Source of the DNA: a virus
Taxonomy: Duplodnaviria > Caudoviricetes
Length of the DNA: 64,000 nucleotides
Virus record (IMG/VR): IMGVR_UViG_3300029955_000001
Reading direction: 5' to 3' (one strand)
The position numbers were made by a program, and so were the translations under genes. The notes under the pieces are model-generated. The model saw only the letters and a list, made by a program, of their open reading frames with translations. It had not been told where the DNA came from and did not search any database. How positions within the stretch are numbered: the first letter of the stretch is position 1; the number at the start of each line of letters is the position of its first letter. Below are positions 9,532 to 19,579 of the stretch, in pieces.

Positions 9532-10637
9532 TCTACCTCCACCATGATACTATTCGCAGCATCTAACATTAAATCAGATGCGCCATTATTCACCATACGT
9601 TCAATTAATAATCCTTTAAGATTATCTTTCGTTAACGTAATCGGCACAAATAATTCTTCTTTATCTACAATTGATTTTTCTTCTTCTATAGTTTTTGATG
9701 GTAATTTTGACCAACTATAAAAAGGAAACTGTCTAATTAGCATTTCCATATTTTCAAATATGGGGTTATCACTATCTGCCTCAACACGCACAAATGAGTT
9801 AGCTGGTAAGTCCTTTACTTTTTCTTCAATAAGTGCTAGAGTGTCTGGTAGTGTTAAACCAAAACAATGAACAGTAATGAATTTCTTTGCTCCTTTATTT
9901 TCAACAAATGTAATTTGATATTTTCCATTATCTCGTACTGTTGCACGAATATGTCCTTTTGGTTCTTCTTCACCATGTGCTAATCTATCAAAAGAACCTT
10001 GTGCAATAATGCGATCAAACTGTGTATAGGTGTGTATGTGTCCAATTAATATTAAATTCTTAACTAGGGATAAATACGCACTGGCGTTATGAACTGGTGA
10101 TTTAACGTACGAGGGTAACTGATGATCGAACGTACCATGCATTATCGCGTAATCTACTTTAGTAAGCCCTTTTGCTTTTAACAGTTCATGGACTTGGCTT
10201 AGTGTTTTATCAGTTGTTGTCTCCCATTCATCAGGTACATAGAGCACGGTTATCCCGTAGCGCTCTATGTACTCGATGGATAGTTCTTTAACGTATTTTA
10301 GTTCAGCGCCAATGCCTGCTAAGGTGTTCGTGTTTGGAAATATCTCTGATTGTTTCCAATCATGCGAAGGTGTCCCTTCCAATACACGAACTAGAATATC
10401 GTGCTTCTTGCATAGTCGCAGAAAATGCGCTACCCAGAATTTAATATCCCATACTTCTTCATCTGATAAATTCATTAAATCGTGAAATACATCACCAGCT
10501 AAAAAAATAATATCTAATTCAGCTGTTTCAGCATTATCAGGAAAAGCTTTTTTAAGATTTTCAATAATCTCAGCTGTAGGATTCTTCCTATGGCCAAGAT
10601 GCAAATCAGAAATCACTGCTATTTTAAGTTCCTTCAT
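9528..10637 (-). CDS. SbcD/Mre11-like metallophosphoesterase nuclease
   Basis: Motifs ISDLHLG, FLAGDVF, GTPSHD, MHG and IGHIH. Confidence 0.85.
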   Translation of the reverse strand: MKELKIAVISDLHLGHRKNPTAEIIENLKKAFPDNAETAELDIIFLAGDVFHDLMNLSDEEVWDIKFWVAHFLRLCKKHDILVRVLEGTPSHDWKQSEIFPNTNTLAGIGAELKYVKELSIEYIERYGITVLYVPDEWETTTDKTLSQVHELLKAKGLTKVDYAIMHGTFDHQLPSYVKSPVHNASAYLSLVKNLILIGHIHTYTQFDRIIAQGSFDRLAHGEEEPKGHIRATVRDNGKYQITFVENKGAKKFITVHCFGLTLPDTLALIEEKVKDLPANSFVRVEADSDNPIFENMEMLIRQFPFYSWSKLPSKTIEEEKSIVDKEELFVPITLTKDNLKGLLIERMVNNGASDLMLDAANSIMVEVE

Positions 10638-10711
10638 TTAAATATCTCCAAGAAGGATATTTGTTTAACGCATGGTCGCTCATAACGTTGCGTGAAGTGT
10701 TAAAATAATTC

Positions 10712-11296
10712 TTATTCTGATATAAATTCAAAATCGTCCGTATCATCGACTTCGTCTGTGGTGTTGTTAATTATTTTCTTTTGATCGGCAGTAAGCTCTA
10801 CAATAGGCAGTCTGCCGTATCTTGTAAAAATACTGTTCCATATAGCCAGATCTTTTAAAACATTACCCGGAACTTTCATGATAAGCGCACGCTTGGTCAA
10901 TTCCGTTGTAAGATAACGAAGTCCTTGTCTCGGACTTTGATTTGCTATCTGTCCGGCAGTAGTAACTACAGATGAAATAGGAACCTTATAATCGCTCGGT
11001 TTCACTGGATTTACTGCTTCTCTATTTAATAGAGGAGGAACTGTAAACAAAATATTATCATTTCTATCAACAACATGAACAGACTTGTACGGACTCCCAG
11101 CGTAGTTTAACCATGTTTCCATATTCACGTTGTAGTGTAATTGCTCATCTCCAGCAAACACTGGTAAGAAAACACCAACAAACACACGCTCTGGTAAACG
11201 TTTAATATCTTCTTCTGCTATTTGAATTAATCGTTTTGTAACAATGTTACTATCGCCAGTTTGTTTTTGTTCTGCAAATTTATCAATGTTAATCAT
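10712..11296 (-). CDS. conserved hypothetical protein
   Basis: 194-aa ORF in the conserved core block. Confidence 0.6.
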   Translation of the reverse strand: MINIDKFAEQKQTGDSNIVTKRLIQIAEEDIKRLPERVFVGVFLPVFAGDEQLHYNVNMETWLNYAGSPYKSVHVVDRNDNILFTVPPLLNREAVNPVKPSDYKVPISSVVTTAGQIANQSPRQGLRYLTTELTKRALIMKVPGNVLKDLAIWNSIFTRYGRLPIVELTADQKKIINNTTDEVDDTDDFEFISE

Positions 11297-11306
11297 GATT
11301 TACTTT

Positions 11307-11774
11307 CTAAGTAGCAGACCCAGTATTATTCAATTTAACAATGGTCTCCACTATTGAATTTTGAATATTTAATAGTCTGCCAATAGAATAAGTAGTGCCG
11401 TTTTCTGTAACATCACACTGAATGCCAACCGAAACCTTATCTGTCAAATTCGTAGCATTATCATCTGTTGTGATAACAATGTTGACAACTTGATAATAAC
11501 GTCCAAGATACGTGTCAAGAGTTCGTCGTAATTGGTTACTAAAATTAGTGATATCGTTACCGTATTGTTCAATTAACCATTGTATATTTGAAATTCTACC
11601 AGCGTACAAATATGATTGAATATAGTCTGCTTCAAAAAAATGGCTAATCAAAAAATCCGCTTTTTCAGCAGTGGCGAATACCCAACCAGCAGGAGATAAA
11701 GTTGGGACCGGTACAGTGGCTGTGCTGAACGTAGTAATTACATCTGATGCAGTGACTAGTGTTGTAGATGTCAT
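11307..11774 (-). CDS. conserved protein, possible T4 gp25-like baseplate/sheath initiator
   Basis: 155 aa. The pattern L...L..YLGRYY..V.I.I followed by beta strands fits by recall only. Confidence 0.4.
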   Translation of the reverse strand: MTSTTLVTASDVITTFSTATVPVPTLSPAGWVFATAEKADFLISHFFEADYIQSYLYAGRISNIQWLIEQYGNDITNFSNQLRRTLDTYLGRYYQVVNIVITTDDNATNLTDKVSVGIQCDVTENGTTYSIGRLLNIQNSIVETIVKLNNTGSAT

Positions 11775-11872
11775 TTTCTAATTCTCTATAATCGGGTAAC
11801 ACATTATGTATCGGGTATGGAAAAAAAAACAGACCTAATCCAAAATACGGACTAAGTCTGTTAGTGTTATAT

Positions 11873-12523
11873 TTACATCATCCCACCAAAGCCTGATGTT
11901 GGGTCTTCTTTTCCAGCATCAATGATGGCTTTTACATTAGCCCATGTTATCAAGATATCAGATTGTTCATCTATATCTAACTCACGATCACCTTCCTTTA
12001 AGTCGTCGATGAACTGTGTATGAGACCACCCAGCTTCACTATCCCCATCTACTGGCAGATCTGTTACAATTCCATCCATTACGCGACGATAGTCGTAATG
12101 CTCGTCACCTGTTGCTTCTGGCTGCACGTCTACATATGTTTCAGAATACCCATCAATACGTTGTTGATGATACAATGTTCTGACAGTAGGCTCAGCCATT
12201 ATCCATCGTTGCATTTGTAGTTGTGCTATTTGAAACTCAGTCACTTCGCATAGTGGTTTAATTACATCCTTTTGGAATAAATTACTTACTTTCTTGTATG
12301 CTACACGTGATAAACGCATTGCCTCACTACCGTTGAACTTTTCAATAAGTTCAGAACTATCTTGTAGAAATGTTCTCCCAGCGTCGGTAAGAGTATTACT
12401 AAAATTATTTAATTGATTTTTAATAAAGTCTACTGTACTAGGATGTTTAGGCGAGTACAATAGAGCATTAAATTCTTGCGCACCGCCTATTAATACTTGC
12501 GCCATTGATTCTCCTTTTTTCAT
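11873..12523 (-). CDS. conserved core protein (phiKZ gp59-like); likely start 12505
   Basis: SD AAGGAG before MAQVLIGG. It follows nvRNAP beta-prime N. Confidence 0.55.
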   Translation of the reverse strand: MKKGESMAQVLIGGAQEFNALLYSPKHPSTVDFIKNQLNNFSNTLTDAGRTFLQDSSELIEKFNGSEAMRLSRVAYKKVSNLFQKDVIKPLCEVTEFQIAQLQMQRWIMAEPTVRTLYHQQRIDGYSETYVDVQPEATGDEHYDYRRVMDGIVTDLPVDGDSEAGWSHTQFIDDLKEGDRELDIDEQSDILITWANVKAIIDAGKEDPTSGFGGMM

Positions 12524-12750
12524 TACTGCACAAAAAGTAATTCTGACATTCGTTGAAACTTAACCGGATCAACAACACTGTCGTCGCTATGAATATACGA
12601 AGCCAATGTGCTGACAACTGGTTTCGGCATCGATAAATTTCGCGATACCATACGTGGGTTATTCAAATCAAAAGTTGATTTATGCGGAGCTAGATTCTTT
12701 AATTGTTCCGTTATACATGTATCGATTGATAATGTTGCGTTTAACTGATC
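12523..12750 (-). CDS. nvRNAP beta-prime N subunit (gp55-like) exon 3
   Basis: Starts GAT CAG TTA AAC (DQLN...) right after intron-terminal G 12751. 75 aa to TAA, which overlaps the next ATG. Confidence 0.85.
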   Translation of the reverse strand, partial: DQLNATLSIDTCITEQLKNLAPHKSTFDLNNPRMVSRNLSMPKPVVSTLASYIHSDDSVVDPVKFQRMSELLFVQ

Positions 12751-13045
12751 CTTTTGTCCATCTAATTCGTTAGATTAGATCGGTATGCTGAATACCTGCT
12801 TTATGTTTCCATAAAGAACTGACTATATCTTCTATTCGTAATGAATAGCCTTCCGTTTCGGAATCACTTGATTCCTACTCGCTTACGCGATAGTCGATGA
12901 ACCTTCTCCTGTACGGAGCTTGGCTGCTGATTGCCCAATCTCTATTCTTTTAAAACCTTGGCTTTGTCTTTCGACTCGCAGTGGTGAATAAAGCTCTCAG
13001 GGGTTTCCAGACAGTTAAAAAGGTTTTTAGACAGCAATTTTGTTT
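12751..13045 (-). mobile_element. group I intron (ORF-less, 295 nt), second intron of nvRNAP beta-prime N
   Basis: P AACTGTCTGGAAAC, Q AATCAGCAGCCAAG, R GTTCATCGACTA, S AAGATATAGTCAG. IGS GCTGTC pairs with exon GACGGT (U-G at the splice site). Ends in G. Confidence 0.9.
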
Positions 13046-13065
13046 ACCGTCAAAATCTGCATTAA
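13046..13065 (-). CDS. nvRNAP beta-prime N exon 2: 20-nt micro-exon encoding (F)NADFDG
   Basis: Sequence TT AAT GCA GAT TTT GAC GGT lies between an intron-terminal G and a U-G splice site. Splicing restores VVGFNADFDGDQ. Confidence 0.88.
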
Positions 13066-13492
13066 CTTATTGTCCAATTAGTTCGTTACACTAACCCGGT
13101 ATGTTGTACCTGCTATATATCTCTATATAGAACAGACTATATCTTCATCCTCAGCTTTATCTGTTTGGATGTCCACTGCTTCGGAGCCACTAGCTCCTAC
13201 TCCCATTACAGGATAGTCGTTGAACCTTCATCATTCTTAAATGGTTACCAATTTACATGGTAACGATTAGGCTCTTTCATTTAAGTTAAGATGCTTGGCT
13301 GCTGATTGTCTCTACCAGATTATTTTCAAACATTGACGTATGTGTTTTCACACTCCGCTTTAGTTAATCTGTCTAACAAGAGTTTCCAGCAATTCAATGG
13401 ATTTACATTTATCATTACTGATAAACTGGCCTGTATAAATATTATTTATAGTAATAGTATATTATTTTACTATAGAATTACTTATGTTCCTA
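13066..13492 (-). mobile_element. group I intron (ORF-less, 427 nt), first intron of nvRNAP beta-prime N
   Basis: P AATTGCTGGAAACTC, Q AATCAGCAGCCAAG, R GTTCAACGACTA, S AAGATATAGTCTG. IGS GGCC pairs with exon GGCT. Ends ...GGACAATAAG. Confidence 0.9.
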
Positions 13493-14717
13493 AGCCTACT
13501 ACTGACAAAATTGAAAGTGATACAGTGGGGATGTTCGGATCAGTTTTTATTTTCGTAACAAACATTGCTTGTGCTGACCCGCGTTCCAAACTCGGATTTC
13601 TTTGAAATATCACAGGTATGCCCTTGTATGGACATTCATTAATTAACAACTGAAACAGTTCATCTAACAGTGGATGATACTTTTGTGAATGTTCGTTTAG
13701 AAATGCTTTTGCACCATTGGGAGTAAATCCTCTACGCAATAGTTTATTCGTTAAATGAATACCTAATACGGATACTCCAATACCCCACGGGACATGCAAT
13801 TCATCATAATCGTGATTCGCTGTAAGCGATGAAATCACTGCTCTGAAACTAAAATGTGATCTAGTTCCAAATACATGTTTTCTAAATATTCCTTCTTTTT
13901 TAGCTAATGTAAAACGATATAAATCGTCATAAAAATCAGACAGTTGATAAATTGCTTTAATCGTCCTATTTTGTTTTGTTCTAACGGAATGATTTGCCAA
14001 TAAATTATCAATGCTACACATGGTGCGGATCGCGTCCACTGCTCCTGTTACAATTGGATCAACATATGTTCCTACGGTTGTTTCCTCAATAACCAATAGG
14101 GAACGATTAGGCAATGGCAGATAGTCAGAGAACACACAAGATCTTTGCTCTCTCAACAATTGTTCTAAAGGTTCTTCTACGCCTTTCTTTGCTCTGAATC
14201 CTTTTACATTAAATAACGATGCGATAATACTATCAAAGTTATCAACAAAATTATTATAACCTCGTTGGATTCCTAGCTCTTGTACAGTTTCCATAATTGC
14301 CGGAACTTTGACAGCTGGGTGATATGTACTGTCAGCTATCCATCGAATAATGTCGTATCCAGATTTTGAAAACTTTTCGGATAACATTGTTAACACAATT
14401 GGATTGATAAGTTTACTCACTCCTTCTGGCGCTCTAATCCAAACTAACGGCTCAAGATCTTGTTCTAAAGGTGCCTTTACGAATGTTCCGCATTGTTTAC
14501 ACTTCACACCAACGTTATGTTCTCCCTTTATTTCCTGGCATTCGCAAGTAGGCAAATTACTAAGAAGATCGGTATTGTATTTGGTGTAAATCATCGCATT
14601 AAAAGCTTCTTTATCTATTTCAGAACCTTCTGATACGTTGTTAATAATGATTGGTTCTTTAGTGCTATATTTTGAAAACAGTTCATCAAAGTTTACGAGT
14701 TCCAGTGAAATTCCTAT
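13493..14717 (-). CDS. nvRNAP beta-prime N subunit (gp55-like) exon 1, probable ATA start; spliced product about 490 aa
   Basis: Zn-ribbon CECQ..C..C and motifs RKHVFGTR, FSFRAVI and QRNPSL. The frame is open 41 codons upstream of the ATG at 14594, back to an ATA 6 nt after AGGAG. Confidence 0.88.
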
Positions 14718-14747
14718 GATGTTCTCCTGTGGATTTTAAATCAGAGG

Positions 14748-14799
14748 CAAAAAAGAGTGAGATTTTACTCTCACTCTTTTTGTTACTTACACTATGCCG
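14748..14799. terminator. terminator hairpin after chimallin, flanked by TATGCCG
   Basis: Stem AAAAAGAGTGAGA/TCTCACTCTTTTT. Confidence 0.65.
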
Positions 14800-14809
14800 C
14801 TATACTACT

Positions 14810-16672
14810 TTACTGCCAGCGGCTGAAACCACGATTTGCACCAGACGGTGTCGCGTTTTGATTATAACCACTGCGGAAGATACCGCTCGATTCAGGGGTC
14901 AACAAAGTATGACCCGAGAACTGTGAGCGAGCACGTTCGTAATTACCAAGATCCTGATACGAGTATACAGGCTTCAGAACCAAACCAGCTTCTTGGCAAC
15001 CCTTAACTAGTGCGTTAATGAAACCGACTTCAAACGTGACGCGGCGAGCGTAGCCTGTGAATACCGCGTTATTGCAAATTGATTGGATGATACGTTTCCG
15101 TTCATACAAGCGTTTCGGCAGAGGGATATGTGTGCTTGCAAAAGAATCAGACCACAACTTAATTGCACCTGGGTCTTGTGCGCCGACACAATTCAACACT
15201 GCCAAATAATCAATATCGCGAATGTCTGCACGTTCACCACGAGAGTTCGTGTAATGACCCAGATGGATACGATTGTATTCATCAGTTGCGACACGGCCCT
15301 TTGGATCAAAATACTTTACAAAGTTACCATTCGTAAGCTCGTTAGCGGCTTTAAGAATAGCGATATTTGCTTGGGTATTCCCAGCGGCAGCTGCCGAGAA
15401 TACTTCATTGAACCAGGTCTGAGCACCGCATTCCGGCACATCCAAGGACACCACAAGACCAGGACGAATTGTTGCCTTAACCAACTGCCCGAGATTTTCT
15501 GGTTTAAACTTATCGGCATGTGTGTCAATGCGTTGACCAACGCCACTTGGATCATTGCTAAAGTTAACTTCGATGCCAATAGCACCGATATCACGGAAGT
15601 CTACGTCGCCAGAAGGAAAATCCCTTGGACGGAAACCTTGAACCCAAGCGTTGTTTTCGCCGAGGCCAACGACTGGAACTAGCGCCAATAATTGCGCTGG
15701 AATAGTAAGCAGTTCGGTTGATTCCATCGTTGTTGCAACAAACCGAGCAGCGTAACGCTGAAAAGATTGTTGTGTTGGATCTGGAATACCGTACAAGTTT
15801 TGTGGCGCAACGATAGGGTCCCAGAAGATATCCAGGAAACCACCAATTCGCGCGATAGGTGCTTCACGTCCAGCATCTTGCTGTTGTGTTTGTTGCGACT
15901 GCACTGGTGCAGCGGTAAAATCCAATACGATATCACTGCGCAATGGCGCACCGACCGCATCTTGTTGTTGTGGCATTGCAAACTGTGTTCGCACTGACAA
16001 AGTGGAATCATTCTTAGCGTTTGCAATATTGATATCTTCAAAGTTCTTGCTATTAATTTCAAGCTCAGAAGTACATGCAAAAATAGCATTTGCAATCAAT
16101 ACGTGCAATGCCGATTTGTCTTCAACGTTAAAGTCCTTAGGAACAACACAAGCACCTGCGTTACGTGGTGTGTCTTGCGGAAACAACCGCTGAACGTAAC
16201 CAAGCACAACACCCTTCAAAGTATCGTTGCAGGAATCACCAGCAGTATAGAGAATCTCAACGGATTGACCGTTAATCATTTCTGGCTTAGGTGTGCGAAT
16301 ATCCGCAGACGCTTCGAGCAACAACGAGTGATACGCAACACCCAACAATGGGTTCTGCTTATCACGAACAGCGAGAATCAAAATAGAAATCGACAAGTTT
16401 GGTGTTTGTTCTTTTTCAATTGGAACCAAATTGATTTCAAAACTCTTATCGGCTTTTTCTGTGATCATCTCAGTCATTGCTTTGGTGATCTTGTTCAATG
16501 CTTCCGATGCCTGTGTGCGACTGAATGCAGGCCGTGACAACTTGCGCAGATTGGTGAAGCTGTACCCAGTGCTATCGGCTTTGGTTTGATGATCACGATT
16601 AGGTGCAAAACTACCAGTAGGGTTGTTTTGAACTTCTGCACCATTGCCAGTACTTTCGTCTTTAATAGCCAT
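14810..16672 (-). CDS. chmA: chimallin, phage nuclear shell protein
   Basis: 620 aa, directly upstream of nvRNAP beta-prime N as in phiKZ gp54-gp55. It has its own early promoter and terminator and extended N- and C-terminal tails. Confidence 0.8.
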   Translation of the reverse strand: MAIKDESTGNGAEVQNNPTGSFAPNRDHQTKADSTGYSFTNLRKLSRPAFSRTQASEALNKITKAMTEMITEKADKSFEINLVPIEKEQTPNLSISILILAVRDKQNPLLGVAYHSLLLEASADIRTPKPEMINGQSVEILYTAGDSCNDTLKGVVLGYVQRLFPQDTPRNAGACVVPKDFNVEDKSALHVLIANAIFACTSELEINSKNFEDINIANAKNDSTLSVRTQFAMPQQQDAVGAPLRSDIVLDFTAAPVQSQQTQQQDAGREAPIARIGGFLDIFWDPIVAPQNLYGIPDPTQQSFQRYAARFVATTMESTELLTIPAQLLALVPVVGLGENNAWVQGFRPRDFPSGDVDFRDIGAIGIEVNFSNDPSGVGQRIDTHADKFKPENLGQLVKATIRPGLVVSLDVPECGAQTWFNEVFSAAAAGNTQANIAILKAANELTNGNFVKYFDPKGRVATDEYNRIHLGHYTNSRGERADIRDIDYLAVLNCVGAQDPGAIKLWSDSFASTHIPLPKRLYERKRIIQSICNNAVFTGYARRVTFEVGFINALVKGCQEAGLVLKPVYSYQDLGNYERARSQFSGHTLLTPESSGIFRSGYNQNATPSGANRGFSRWQ

Positions 16673-16755
16673 GTTATCTATTCCTTTGTTTATAAAGATT
16701 ATTTCATTGTAGTTTGCGCAAACACAATGGTCATTAAACCTATGTGCTCACTTTA

Positions 16756-16763
16756 GTGATATA
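16756..16763 (-). promoter_or_regulatory. early promoter motif TATATCAC for chimallin
   Basis: Context CTTTAGTGATATATGACTGTATTTGTTT is nearly identical to the 7762-7789 site. Confidence 0.62.
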
Positions 16764-16902
16764 TGACTGTATTTGTTTCGAATAAAGCCATATTTGTGCT
16801 ATGCAATTATAGCCCCACTAGCCAGCGGTATTAACGCTGGCGTATGGATTATGGATTTGATTTTAGTCATTTCCTATACAATAGGACCAAGTTAGTATTT
16901 TT

Positions 16903-17076
16903 TTACTTAAATGATACTTTATAAGTTTGTTGTATTTTCTTCCGTTTATTCTGGTTCCTCCAGTTTGTTTTTGCTTCATCTTTAGATTCACCAAGCGCGT
17001 AGAACTCACCTTCAGTATAGCGCCATCCATCTTTTGTTAATACGAAATATCCATCACTATTATATTCATTGTTCAT
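16903..17076 (-). CDS. small hypothetical protein (57 aa, not in ORF track)
   Basis: MNNEYNSDGYFVLTKDGWRY...; ATGA overlap with the upstream stop codon. Confidence 0.5.
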   Translation of the reverse strand: MNNEYNSDGYFVLTKDGWRYTEGEFYALGESKDEAKTNWRNQNKRKKIQQTYKVSFK

Positions 17077-17780
17077 TTTTTATTACTGAGCCGCTCTGCC
17101 ATTGTTTTCCTAACGCCATGCCACTCGTATTGAATTGTTCTATCTATGGCTAGTTTTTCATTACCTTCTATAATCTGGTTTTCATTTGTGTAACGAGCAC
17201 CTGCTTGTTTAAGTAGTTCGTCTAACATTGCTTCGTTATGCGATTCAATAAAGAAGTTGCTGTGATAGAAAATACTACCAATTAAATGCGCTATTTGCTC
17301 AAGCCTATAAACACGATTAGCTTCTTTCCATCTTTCTGCACAATCGCAATCGCACGGTGTAGATGCATCTTTAACAGCTTCGCCATGCCAAACACAATCT
17401 GCACTATGTTCCACATCAACATCACAAATAGAAGTTGCAGCAATAGACGTTAAAGAATGCGTTACTTTAGCAGTTGTTTCAGTTATAGCCTTATTAACCT
17501 CAGCTGCTACGATGTCTCGTATTTTCTCAGCGAACTTCACACTAAGATCATTTATAATTGGTGTCCCGTCTAAAAGTTTCCACCACATCGGATGACTGCG
17601 TTTATATTCTTCGAATATTTCATCAGCTTTTTGCATTGCTTGTACGAAATCCATTACTTCTCCTTTTTGTAGTGCTTTCTTTTTACACTTTAATAACAAA
17701 CTAATTAAATCACTATTATCTAATTTATCATGATCAATGAAACCAATCCATCGCAGAAAACAAAATAGGTAATATCTCAT
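17073..17780 (-). CDS. hypothetical protein
   Basis: 235 aa, translationally coupled to its neighbours, contains CDCDC. Confidence 0.6.
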   Translation of the reverse strand: MRYYLFCFLRWIGFIDHDKLDNSDLISLLLKCKKKALQKGEVMDFVQAMQKADEIFEEYKRSHPMWWKLLDGTPIINDLSVKFAEKIRDIVAAEVNKAITETTAKVTHSLTSIAATSICDVDVEHSADCVWHGEAVKDASTPCDCDCAERWKEANRVYRLEQIAHLIGSIFYHSNFFIESHNEAMLDELLKQAGARYTNENQIIEGNEKLAIDRTIQYEWHGVRKTMAERLSNKK

Positions 17781-18118
17781 TAATTTATTCCTAAGCCAAC
17801 TATAATATCATGTTTGCTCTTAAACCAGTGTCTACCATTAGAAATAATTACATCTCCAACTTTCCAATCGGTAATCACTATTTCTGTTTTTGTCTTTTTA
17901 TCAAACGATTTAATTGGTGTGCTACCAGGATAATCAATTACTAGATAGTATCCAATTGGTTGAGGATCATCGTACAGCTTAGGTATATCCGCTTCAGCGT
18001 CCCAACGACCACATGACGTTAACATACCTAAATCAATAATCTCTTGCACCTCTGGTGAGTAATTAGGTGGTAAATCTGGCGGGGTAAATCCACTACCGTC
18101 GTTCCAATCATTAACCAT
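17780..18118 (-). CDS. stand-alone W(D/N)A...W.VGD beta-module protein, paralog 1
   Basis: GRWDAEADIPKL...GYYLV...DWKVGDVIISNGRHW. Confidence 0.6.
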   Translation of the reverse strand: MVNDWNDGSGFTPPDLPPNYSPEVQEIIDLGMLTSCGRWDAEADIPKLYDDPQPIGYYLVIDYPGSTPIKSFDKKTKTEIVITDWKVGDVIISNGRHWFKSKHDIIVGLGIN

Positions 18119-18389
18119 TATTTTCCTCTTTTATATAATGTTTTTCTAACTGTTTAACAACCATCTTGTAAGTTAAACCGCACCATTCATTACCGTCAAA
18201 GAAAACAACATCGCCTGTTTTCCATAAAGTAATACCGTCAAGATTTGTTTTACCATCGTAGCTTATTTTATACCAGTTTCCAATTTCACCAATTCCCGAC
18301 ATGAGATTGGGACAATTTGCAGACGCGTTCCATGTGCCGCAATAAGACGGAACTACACCCGTAGCTTCCATGATGGTGGATACAATCAT
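18111..18389 (-). CDS. stand-alone W(D/N)A...W.VGD beta-module protein, paralog 2
   Basis: GTWNASANCPNL..G.G..GNWYKIS..GKTNLDGITLWKTGDVVFFDGNEW. Confidence 0.65.
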   Translation of the reverse strand: MIVSTIMEATGVVPSYCGTWNASANCPNLMSGIGEIGNWYKISYDGKTNLDGITLWKTGDVVFFDGNEWCGLTYKMVVKQLEKHYIKEENNG

Positions 18390-18438
18390 TCCGATACCCT
18401 CATTTTATAGTTGAGATAATAATTTACTGGATGCTTAC

Positions 18439-19530
18439 ATGCAAAACATATTCAATCTAGTACAAAATGTAGAACAAGCCATAATTAAGTTTCCTGAATG
18501 GAACTATATCCGAAGTGGATTAAGAAGAAATCTAAATAACATTATTAGTTTCTATAGGACACACTCGATGGCTGTTGATTCATCACATTTTTTAATCCGT
18601 ATTCTTGAATCTATCACTGTGCCACAATCAATGAATTTAGAAAGGTATTACGCGAATGTAGACGCGGGGTCATTAAATGTGTCAATGGCGTTAAAATTAA
18701 CCAGTCCTGTTTTCAGAGGGCAGATATTTAATGGGATATTTTACGGTCCCGGTAACACAGAAATATTAATTGGACATGATGAAAGTTTTGATCCATTTGC
18801 AGCGCATGACGATTGGGAAAACTTAGCACCTGTTAAAGTACTAAGACATCCAATATCACATTTAGGAATGAATATTCCTGATGGCAAGAGTAATGATACT
18901 GAAACTGGAATAGCTGTAATTGCAATTAATATACCGATGTTAGCTGTTCAGTATAGGGCGTTTCGTTTAAATGAAATAGAAGTTTGTGCTGAGACTGGAG
19001 ATTCAGAGAAGAGCATCATGGAATTTATTAGGATGTATGTGTTGCCTAACATGATGACGTCACATTTAGATAATGTGATATTCAATCGCATTGATAAAAT
19101 GCAAAGAGGAATTCCTTTTGGGAGCACGAAGAAACATCATTCGTTTTATTTGATGGATTGGACATGGCGTGTAGATTATGTACATAGTCGTTTACTTTTA
19201 CAACTGAATGAAATGCAGAGAGATTTTACTGGCATATTAAGATCTATTCAGTTAGTAACAGAACAATCTGTTGAAGATTTAATGTATTTTCCAGACTTAT
19301 CTCCTACACGACAAATTCTTTGGGCGTTGGTTACTGCTAGAGTGAATGTTCTTTCATTTTTATATTCAGTAACAAAACACATGCAAGGTGATCGAAACGG
19401 TACAGAAACAAATCGTATATTACGCGTATTAAATTCCTATGGTGTAGATAGCGCGTTACGACAAGCTTTGCCTACTGAAGCATATTTTGATGTAGCAAGT
19501 GAAATTGAATTTATTGCAAGAGTAGCATAA
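18439..19530 (+). CDS. conserved phiKZ-like protein (gp52-like, putative virion protein)
   Basis: 363-aa ORF on the opposite strand between PolB and chimallin, consistent with the conserved arrangement. Confidence 0.5.
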   Translation: MQNIFNLVQNVEQAIIKFPEWNYIRSGLRRNLNNIISFYRTHSMAVDSSHFLIRILESITVPQSMNLERYYANVDAGSLNVSMALKLTSPVFRGQIFNGIFYGPGNTEILIGHDESFDPFAAHDDWENLAPVKVLRHPISHLGMNIPDGKSNDTETGIAVIAINIPMLAVQYRAFRLNEIEVCAETGDSEKSIMEFIRMYVLPNMMTSHLDNVIFNRIDKMQRGIPFGSTKKHHSFYLMDWTWRVDYVHSRLLLQLNEMQRDFTGILRSIQLVTEQSVEDLMYFPDLSPTRQILWALVTARVNVLSFLYSVTKHMQGDRNGTETNRILRVLNSYGVDSALRQALPTEAYFDVASEIEFIARVA

Positions 19531-19567
19531 TAAATCCCATACCAAAAAAGGTATGGGATTTATGCCG
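19531..19567. terminator. bidirectional terminator between convergent genes, flanked by TATGCCG
   Basis: Stem TAAATCCCATACC/GGTATGGGATTTA. Confidence 0.7.
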
Positions 19568-19579
19568 GTAATTCTCGTA

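Noticed and set aside
13306-13605. 99-aa plus-strand ORF over the first intron
   Set aside because: Antisense to intron P elements and exon 1, with no endonuclease motifs.
14729-16537. Many overlapping antisense and alternate-frame ORFs within chimallin (also within PicA, RNAP, terminase and tube genes)
   Set aside because: Shadow ORFs of long genes: no SD, no recognisable motifs, and they overlap well-supported CDSs.
17780-18389. Diversity-generating retroelement template/variable repeat pair with the sheath module
   Set aside because: Similarity is only at the protein level, with no adenine-specific mismatch pattern and no reverse transcriptase in the window.
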